From NCBI RefSeq assembly GCF_036321535.1, contig NC_087447.1, positions 36,830,001 through 36,894,000 of the forward strand: a stretch of 64,000 nucleotides of DNA, in the 5' to 3' direction. How positions within the stretch are numbered: the stretch's first letter is position 1; the number at the start of each line of letters is the position of its first letter. Made by a program: the position numbers and the translations under genes. Shown piece by piece: positions 52,472-64,000 of the stretch. The DNA comes from Camelus dromedarius. Taxonomy: Eukaryota. The notes beneath the pieces are model-generated. The model was given only the letters and a program-made list of their open reading frames with translations, made no database searches and was not told the DNA's origin.

Positions 52472-54869
52472 GACAGGCACTACTGACTTCCCTTTACCGA
52501 GTAACATGTTTCTTGGGAACCTAAGAGGTCATTTTCTATGTGTGAAACTCTTTATTTCAGGGGGGACAAATAAGTAAGAGATGCTAGGAATTTTCATTCC
52601 ATTAATGCTAAATCTGTATTTTTTTCTTTGAAAATTCAATATTTAAACAGAAAATGTACAAGTGAATGAGAGTGTAATGATGTTTGACTACTGATGATCC
52701 TGGTAGATTAATGAGATATTTGCCCATTTTAGAAAATACAAATAGAGCAGAGTATATACAGTATGCTGAGAATATAGAAAGGTGCTAACACAAAGGACAG
52801 GATTGGCTTTTTCAGGGTTTTTAATACTTCTCTCTGAGTATATACCTAATGAATATTTTTAAAACGTGTGCCATTGACTTGATAAATGGAATCGCTGCTC
52901 TAACTCTCAATGATCATTCTCTCCTGTGTAACCAAGGAAGGGAGCTGGAAAATGCTAAACTGTGAAGTGAATTTAGAATATCTATCGTAAAGACCAACCT
53001 ATAAAAGAGTTGCTTTGTTTGCGTGTCTTACTCTTGATAGTGAAGGTGGGGACCTAGTGAAGCTAGGTGCAAGATGTATCTCTTCCATTTTTCCTATGAA
53101 TATCTCAGGTATTTTATTAGATATATTTAATAGTGTTAATTAGTAAAGGTGAGTAAACTACTGAAGCTGTTTTTTATTTTTTCTTTAAATTAACTTTTTG
53201 TTTAACTGTAATACACGTAAGAAAAGTAAATATTACAAGTGTAACGTTAGCTCTTCATTAATGTTCAAACTAAAATATATGACTTTGGAAGACTAAAGCC
53301 TGAGATTTTAAAAGGATGCCTTTAAACCGTAGTATCTTGAGTTTGTGCTACTTTTCAGGGGTTTTCTTGGCCCTTTTGTGAAGAGTTTGAAAAGAGTGGT
53401 GGCAGTTGTATGCAAAATTCTAGGAAGAAATTGCATTATATTAAAGATGAATGTTAACAATGGTAACAAAGTGTTTTGTATATTATCCTTGTGGGATTTT
53501 GAGAGAGAGAAAGAGAGAGATACAGAAAGAAAGGAAGAAAACATCTTGCCTTCAACAAACAAACAAAAACAAACAAAGCAGGATCTTCTTACATTATTTG
53601 TGCTGTGTTTATCCATTGGATATTGGTGGGAAACATCTGGGAAGATGGGACTCTGTGTTCCCAAATACTCTAGAAAATTCGTGTCCCGGAATTGCTCCTG
53701 ATAAAATTTCAATTTTATTATTCTCCTGCTAAAGCTAGTTGGATTCCTACAAGTGAGGATTTACTATCCTCCATTAGTTGTAGCAGCCAGAGATTTGCTA
53801 AATAAGACAAGTTAAAAGCAAACAAAGTGATATCAAGATTTATTTAAAAGTCATTCTTAATAAGAGTTCTCTTCTATATGAGAACAACTACAGTTCAACA
53901 CCTTTTGCAGTTACATTAACAATACTACCCTGTGGAAATTGGTGCTCAGAAAACCAGTTCTTAGGGCCTCAGTTCTCACATTGATTAGCTGACACAAAAT
54001 GCCTATTGTATTCTTAGCCCTGTCACAAGAGCAGTGGGACATAAAGAAATATAAATGTCCCAGGCCATTCAGGACACTTAGTTTACCTGGTGAAAGTTAA
54101 TTAATTAATTAAAACAATTAGTGAATAGTCAGGTAGGTGTGTATAATATGAGACTCCTTTGTGTACTTCACACTGTGGTCAATCAAGAGACGTTCAGTAT
54201 GTTACCACTGCATTATGCTTTTTAAGGCAGGGCAAAGCAGAATCTTAACACTTCACACAGATTTTAACAAAAAAAGTTTTGAAACTAAAGGGTTTGTGTT
54301 AAGGCACTAATTTATCCTATCAAATGAGACCCTTTCCCTCCTAACTCTCCAGAACTAACTGAGATATGGCATGCATTTTGGGGGCAGCAAGAAGACACTC
54401 CTCCGTGACCTTGAAGGCTTTTTATGTAAGGTTCTTGGGCTTTTATTTCTTTCACTCTAGACATCGCAGCTTTTATAGTAACACTATGCAAATGACTTAG
54501 CTATTCTTTGCAATAAAGAATATGGCCTTTAAGGAAATCTATCCCCCACCCCCCTTTCTGTCTGTCTCTATTCCCTGCCTCACCCTCTTTGATGGCTCTT
54601 CCTCTCTCTCTGTATTTTCTATTTCTGTCTTTCCCTCCCTCTGTCATGATTTACAAACGTTGGAAACATTCCTTCCGACAGATTAAAGAAGCTTTCTCCA
54701 ATTAAATCACATGAGGAATGATTCTTTAGAAATAAAGCATTAAAAAGATCTTCATTTGCTCACTGTCTTTAACTCGGTTATAGACATTAATATGTTCATG
54801 ATTTTCAATACAAATACTTATTCCCTATCACTAAGAAAAGTTAAATAATCTTCGTGAATGAGAAAATTA

Positions 54870-55160
54870 GCCCCCCTGAGTGTCACTCTGTTTGCATATT
54901 AGCACGTAGCCAGGTCTCTGCCAAGTTGCTCTCTGACTGACTGCTGCAGATGCTCTTTCTCAAGTACTCTGAGTCATATCTTTAGTGCAAGTCTTCAGGG
55001 ACAAACAATAGCACCTGTTCCTCACAAGACATCAGGCCAGTTAGCCCATTCATGTATCTTTAATGAAGCTCTGGGGCAGATGGCAATAAATGGCATCATC
55101 AACAACTTAGCACAGAGAAAACAAAGGGCATAAGTGTTGGTACAACAACAATGCTATTTT
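54870..55160. promoter_or_regulatory. Candidate intronic enhancer (SOX, AP-1, E-box, POU-like motifs)
   Basis: Motif matches only: TTTGCATA, TGAGTCA, AACAATAG, CACCTG, CAGATG x2, AACAAAG, AACAATG in repeat-free DNA. Confidence 0.4.
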
Positions 55161-56261
55161 ACGAATAGGGAGAGACAGAACCTAAGTGTTTCTCATGCAT
55201 CTGCTGCTGTCTTGATTATCTGAAAAACATGAGGAACACCCTAGCAATTAAAATTTCTGGGCTCGTAGCCTATTTGATCAAGAATGTGTTCCCCACCCTC
55301 TGCAAAAGAGAAATGCTTTGGTCCAGGATTGTGGAAGTTTAGAGTTAATGGACAGTTGTGCTCTGGGGCATACAGTTTGCCTCTTTCCTGATGCACTGAC
55401 TAGGCTTCACCTATGAGGGAGTTCTGGTTTCTTGTTAGCCATTCAGGTTACATACTCAGCCAGTTAGTGCTGACTTCCAGACTTCCAACGCAATTAGAAA
55501 CAATGCAGTTTCATGCTCAGAGATTATTTTTGGGCACAGTTAAGTTTTACTCTTTGTATTAACAAAATCAGTTTTACTTCTACCTATGGGATAATTAAAG
55601 TATCTCTGAATTTGGACTGAGGGGAAGCTACACTTCCAAGAAAAAAGATGCTGTTTGAAATCTTGATAACTTCCTAGAAAAGACATGTGGAGGCTGGTCA
55701 CTCTTTGATGGGGTGAGGGGATTCTATTATTTCTTATTCTTTAGTAAAATACTTTTGGAGGTTGCTGTTTACAATGTGACTGCCTTTCCTGGCACGTCAC
55801 CAAATGGGAAAATAAGATGATGGGAAGGAAGAGGAAAGGCAGGCTTACATTCTTCAGAGCAGGGTGGGGCTTTTCTGTATCTTCAAAATTCTTTATCTGT
55901 CCTGAGCACTGACACACAGTGCAGTAAAGTTAATTCACAACTTCCATAGAAGGAAAACATTTTGGATGCTTATGAGATACTTGTGTGGCCACCAGGCCCT
56001 CTTTCTTTCTCTCTCTCCCCTACCTTGTCTTTGCTTTCCATTTTTGTCTCACCTTCAACCAATACTCTTCTAGTAAGTAAAGTAAAATGGGAAGCTATGA
56101 AAGGAGGAAATTGTTGCTTTAATTCATGATTTCCATTCACATTATTTGCGCTGGGTCATACTGGTGAGCTTTGTATGAAAGATGGTAGTTGAAAGTTTTC
56201 ATAGACCTTATTTACTCTTGCTAGTTTTTAACACACGTAATTCCTTTAAAATGGTATCCGA

Positions 56262-56445
56262 CTGGTGAAATACGAATAAGATTGTTGGATTGTATCAGTA
56301 TCAACGTCCTGGTTGTGACATTGTACTATAGTTTTTCAAGATGTTACCATTGGGGGAAACTGAATAAAGGATTCATGGGATCTCTCTGTATTATTTATTA
56401 CAAGTGCATGTAGATTTACAATTATATTTATAAAACTTTCAATCA
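56262..56445 (+). mobile_element. L1MC/L1MD-type 3' terminus
   Basis: tcctggttgtgacattgtactatagtttttcaagatgttaccattgggggaaactg...gggatctctctgtattattt. Confidence 0.85.
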
Positions 56446-56519
56446 CATAATTGTTATCACAAAGAATTATATTCCTTATCTCATTTAGGTCTGTTTAGCA
56501 AAAGATGACTTTATGCTTA

Positions 56520-56775
56520 ATATGATATAGTACTTCAAAGTATAGACTTTGAGCCTAACATACTTGGCCTTGAATCTTGGCTCTGCCACTTTTTAATTGA
56601 CCAAGTTACCTAATTTCTCATGGTTTTGTCTCTTTCATTAAATAAATGAGGACAGTAACAGTAGGTACCTCATGGAGTTTTGAGGATTAAATGAGATAGA
56701 GCATGTAAAGCACTTTCCCAGTGCTCAACATACAGGAAATACTAGAATATATTAGCCGCTGTGATGATGATGATC
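56520..56775 (+). mobile_element. MIR SINE
   Basis: ttgaatcttggctctgccact...tacctcatggagttttgaggattaaatgagata...gtaaagcactt. Confidence 0.85.
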
Positions 56776-57342
56776 ATCATCATTACCTCTGTTATTACTT
56801 CTGTAATTGGAGCTTTTCATCATCTCTCAGCCTAGATTCTAATTGGCTACAGGATATTTTGGCTTGTCTTTAATAAAGGGCATTTTCAATTTTCACATCA
56901 TTATATTATTTAAAATAAGTTAAGGGCATTTTTATCATTTGAAACTAAATGATCATAGCTAATGAGCTAATTGGAATTAACAGCAATACATTTGAGATCA
57001 AACTGTTCTGGGTACAAAATAAGAGTGCAGAAACAGGCTGAAACTGAACAATATAATATCCATACTCCACTCACCTTCAGTGACAAACCTTTGAAATGTA
57101 AAATTATTTTCAGTTGTATACCTCCAGATTTTCTCTAGCCAAAGAATGTGTGTGCACACATGATTTCTCTCTTTTCTATCACTGAAGTCTATGTTATATA
57201 ATGGAAAAGACACTGGAGGGTGATTGGCAGTCCTGAACCCTAGATCCAGCTCTGTTATACGAAGTGTGACCTCAAGCATGTATCTTTTACCTTGTCTAGC
57301 AGCTTGTTTCCCCATGAGTAAATTGTGAGGTTTGAACTGAAT

Positions 57343-57691
57343 TAGTGGTTCTCAAAGAATGGTCCCTGGACCAGCAGCACTAACTAGCTTCACCTGGGAA
57401 CTTGTTAGAACAGTTACACTCTCAGGTTTCCACCTCAGATCTATTCATTTGGAGGCTCTGAAAGTGAGGTTGAGCAATTTTGTTATAACAAGCACGACAG
57501 TTAATTTTGAAGTACACTAAAGCTTGAGAGGCACTGCTCTGGATTAAATTTTAATCTAAATTTTAGATTGTTGGACTCAACCCCCAGAGTTTCTGAGTCA
57601 TAGATCTGGAGTGTGGAGTCTGATAATTTGCTTTTATAAAGTTCTCAGTTACTGATGCTGCTGGTCAGGTACCACATCTTGAGAACTACTA
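57343..57691. mobile_element. Two MER5A hAT-Charlie elements in opposite orientation, inside a MIR3
   Basis: tagtggttctcaaagaatggtccctggaccagcagca...cttgagaggcactg (57343-57536), and ...cccagagtttctgagtca...tgctgctggtcaggtaccacatcttgagaactacta (about 57560-57691). Confidence 0.85.
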
Positions 57692-58407
57692 GGTTAGATA
57701 AACTCTAAGCTCCATTTCAACTCTATGATTCCATCATTACCATTGTGTTCACAGTGTCTTCTATCCCCCTCATTATTTACACTTTGTCCCTCAATGTATT
57801 GAAACTGCCTCAGCTAATAGCTTTGAAACTTTCTAAAATATCCTACCTTGTAGAGGGAGATGGACAGAAAGGAACTTCCCTAAATTCTTACAACTTATGT
57901 TAATATGAAACACCTACAGCTCTTTGGCATTAAAAATGACTATAGATGGTTTACTTATCTCATGTATATAGCTACTTACAAAGGAAATATCTTCAGACAA
58001 TAAGATTCAATAATTAAGGTCTGATGCCTAATTGCCATTGATCCCCTTATGTTGTCTCAAGATCTGAAGAAGTTGGGGACTCATATAAAAATAAAACTGT
58101 GTTTTCATTCTAAGATGCAATTTAATGAATAACACAAAAGATCCTAAATTATATCTTCAAAAGAGGCTTGCAATTCCACTTTTTTTTCTTGGTTTTCTAG
58201 ATATTTGAGATGGGATAGTGCTCAGTGATGCATGGTATCTGCTAAGAATATGACAAGCCTCTGCCTGCCAAACTGAATTATTTGGTTGGCTCATGTTTTC
58301 TCTTTTGAAGTAGAGTTTTGGGTTAAGATCCACTGTTTCTTGTTTAATCAGTAATTGATAATTTTCTAGTACTGAATATGCAAACTATATAGGAAAAAAA
58401 AACAAGG

Positions 58408-58628
58408 ATCTAACATTTACTGAGTGCCTATTATATGTCAGTCACTGCGCCACAAGTGTTACTTTGCTTGCCTGTTTAATCCTCACAACAATTGTGTTAA
58501 AGTCGTATCTTTAGCTTTGTTTTTCACATGAGAAAATAGACTCAGAAAGGTTAAGTAACTGTTCAAGATCACACAGCCAAGGCAATGGCAGTGTATAGAT
58601 TTAAGCTCAGATTTGTTTGAGCAAAGCC
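58408..58628 (-). mobile_element. MIR SINE
   Basis: taacatttactgagtgcctattatatgtcag...tttaatcctcacaacaa...gactcagaaaggttaagtaactgttcaagatcacacagc. Confidence 0.85.
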
Positions 58629-58729
58629 TTTGTAGGCATAGTAAATTCTGAATAAATATGTGCTGAATGAATGAGTAAAGGACTAACTATATATGACATT
58701 ATTGTCCTAATGTTGACTTTTAAACAATC

Positions 58730-59092
58730 AGAGAATTATGAAGTTGAGGAGGCTCTATAGGTCATTATCTAATCAGGGTTTTAGTTACGCATATCCTTTC
58801 AAGTGTCTCTAACAACACATGTGTATATAGCCTTTACTTGACCAACTCTAGGGAAATGGTGCACACAACCAACCTCTTTAATCAGAATGCTTGTTAAATA
58901 ACTCATTATTAGAAAATTCTTTGCATTAAACTTCCCTGAAAGCTCTTAATTTTTTAGCCTAGTTCTGGCCTTTGTAACTGCTCAGACTTAATCTAGTTCT
59001 TCTTTTATACATCATTCTTTGAAATATTTGAAGATAACCGTATATCTTCTCTCTTCCAAGCAAAATAGCTCCCATTTTTTCAGCTACTTTTC
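58730..59092 (-). mobile_element. L3/CR1 LINE fragment
   Basis: ttagaaaattctt...cctagttctggcc...tgaaatatttgaaga...cttctctcttccaagcaaaatagctccca resembles an antisense L3 3' region. Confidence 0.6.
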
Positions 59093-60951
59093 AAATCCAT
59101 AACATGTAATAATAACTTAATAAATGTTTGTTAAATGAAAGAAGGAAAGAATACATAAATTTGATACCCAGACATCTCACTTTCTCGTTTCCTTTCTTTG
59201 GAGAGTGAGGTGTCTGTGCTGTGCTCTGGGTATACACTGGGACCATATTTCTAGAAGTAAATGAAGTAATTTCCTTTGATATACTCTTGTACTGAACAAT
59301 AGTCACTCAAAAAATATTATGTTTTATTTTTTGACGTAGAACCATGCCCTCATTTTCGACATCTCAGGTTTGGATCAGGTCACAACAAGCTGGAGTTGAA
59401 CAGCAAACCTAGTGCTTTGCTTCAGGGTTAAAGGCAAGACCTGGGCACCAGGGGATCAGCTCCAATTTAAGCAAGCTAAGTTTGTACTCTAATGTACAAA
59501 ACTTGGGCTTACCTCAGCTAAAATGGAAGAAATAGCTGCCCAAAGCTAGTTTCTTTCACGCCCCACTGGCAAGGTAGTAATTGCACAAAGACCTTTTTAT
59601 TATAAGTTGATTTTCCTGAGAAATGAATTCAGAAAAATACTGTAAAGTGTTTATTTTTTGCTTGCCCTTTATTAACCCACATCTTAGGGCTTTCCCTAGA
59701 GAGAAACTGTTGGTAAATGAAACCTCTTAGACCTACACAGAAGCATTTTTGCACTATGTCCCTGGCTGTGAAGGGAACAGGGACAGGACAAGGCAAGTTG
59801 GTACTATTTAAACAGGGTCAACAGCCAGTATATGGAATTTTGCCTAAAGAGAAGATTTAGGAATTTAAACGGGGGAAGTGTTTAGAGTTGGTAGAATTAT
59901 TGGTAAAGGTTTGTATCTTAACTGAGATATAATGCAGCTCTTTTAGGCCAAAGATCCAGTTTGAACTTAACGACTATTTCTCTTAGTACATCCTAATTTT
60001 GATCTTTAAATAACAAAAGTCGTATAGTTTAATTTATAAAACTATGCCCTAAAAGCCAGTACAAAACCTTCTTGTGATGCTATTCTGGAATCAGAACAGC
60101 ATGCATAGAGTAAAGGAAAGAGCTAGGAAATTAAAATGTGATTTTCACAGGCATGATTCTGTCATAGTTCTTATTTTCTTTATATGGAATACAAATACTG
60201 ATATAGAGTGAAGATTTTCTATTTTGCATTTTTGTGCTCTTTGATACATTTATTGAGGTCAAATGAAATTTGATATAGTAGGATTTATTATGAAATGCTC
60301 TCTGAATACAACTCCGTAATTACCGAGCTACATGGTAGTGCATAAAGCTGTAAGACTGCTTAGCCAGACAAGCAATTTATATGTTACATCGAGGTGTGTA
60401 TGGCAAAGAATATTAGTTTAATTGGGAGCCAAGATGTACTAGCCTTAAATCTGAAGAGCTATATGTTTAACATAATGCACTGAGGCTTTGAAATAAGATA
60501 CCTAAACTGGGGAGATGCAGCTTCTGGAATATATAACAATTAGACATTACTTTCTGACCAAGGATACTAAATACTATTTTCAGAATAAAGCACAGAATGC
60601 AAAGCAGGTGAAAGGGCAAAAACCTTTCAACATTGTACAGTGACAGAAGCAAACTTATTTCTTCTTGTTCTTTGTTTAAAAAGAAGGAGAAAAGTCAAGA
60701 TAAAAGAAAACCAAGTATATAATTTAGTAGAACCAAGGATGAAGCAAATTCACAATGAAGTTATGTCCTTGGTGTGCTAATGGAATCTGAAAGGGATTTG
60801 GTGAGTTTTTCCTGAATTTTCTCAGGGAGCAGATTTGGAATGAGGTTAAAAGTGGGTGGCTGTTTGGGTACCAGCACAACACCAGGAGTGAAAACCAGAT
60901 ACTTCTTGGCATCCGTGTGCTCTGTCTGATCATAGGCTCTCTTCTGTTTAG

Positions 60952-64000
<3,049 letters not shown>

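Larger units (their letters stand above)
1..60951 (+). other. SOX6: Long SOX6 intron upstream of the VQGHMPP exon (its 5' end lies outside the window)
   Basis: Ends in a polypyrimidine tract and TAG/CAG acceptor at 60949-60954. I found no upstream SOX6 exon (Q-rich coiled-coil coding sequence) in the window. Content is repeats and non-coding DNA. Confidence 0.85.

Noticed and set aside
53308..53732. Three overlapping ORFs of 93-134 aa
   Set aside because: No recognisable homology or exon structure. They span simple GA and CAAA repeats and are expected by chance.

Overview
AT-rich, CpG-depleted mammalian genomic DNA. The only supportable protein-coding sequence is one internal exon of SOX6 on the + strand at 60955-61075 ([40 protein letters not shown]). 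It is preceded by more than 60 kb of a single intron and followed by the start of the next intron. The intron carries old transposon fossils (L1, L2, L3/CR1, MIR, MER5A, MER63, MER119-like, MLT1A, LTR16), microsatellites, and repeat-free blocks rich in transcription-factor motifs that look like intronic enhancers. The repeat content (an artiodactyl-type L1 3' end; no Alu, Bov, PRE1, CHR or Can SINEs seen) suggests a cetartiodactyl, probably a camelid (inference). I found no convincing new biological system. The best leads are an in-frame multi-AG acceptor at the SOX6 exon, a four-layer nested L1 with intact target-site duplications and an inverted-repeat hairpin, a SOX/MITF/EGR motif cluster, and repeated hAT insertions at one MIR site with a possible excision footprint. 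Repeat families were recognised by eye, so subfamily names and boundaries are approximate.
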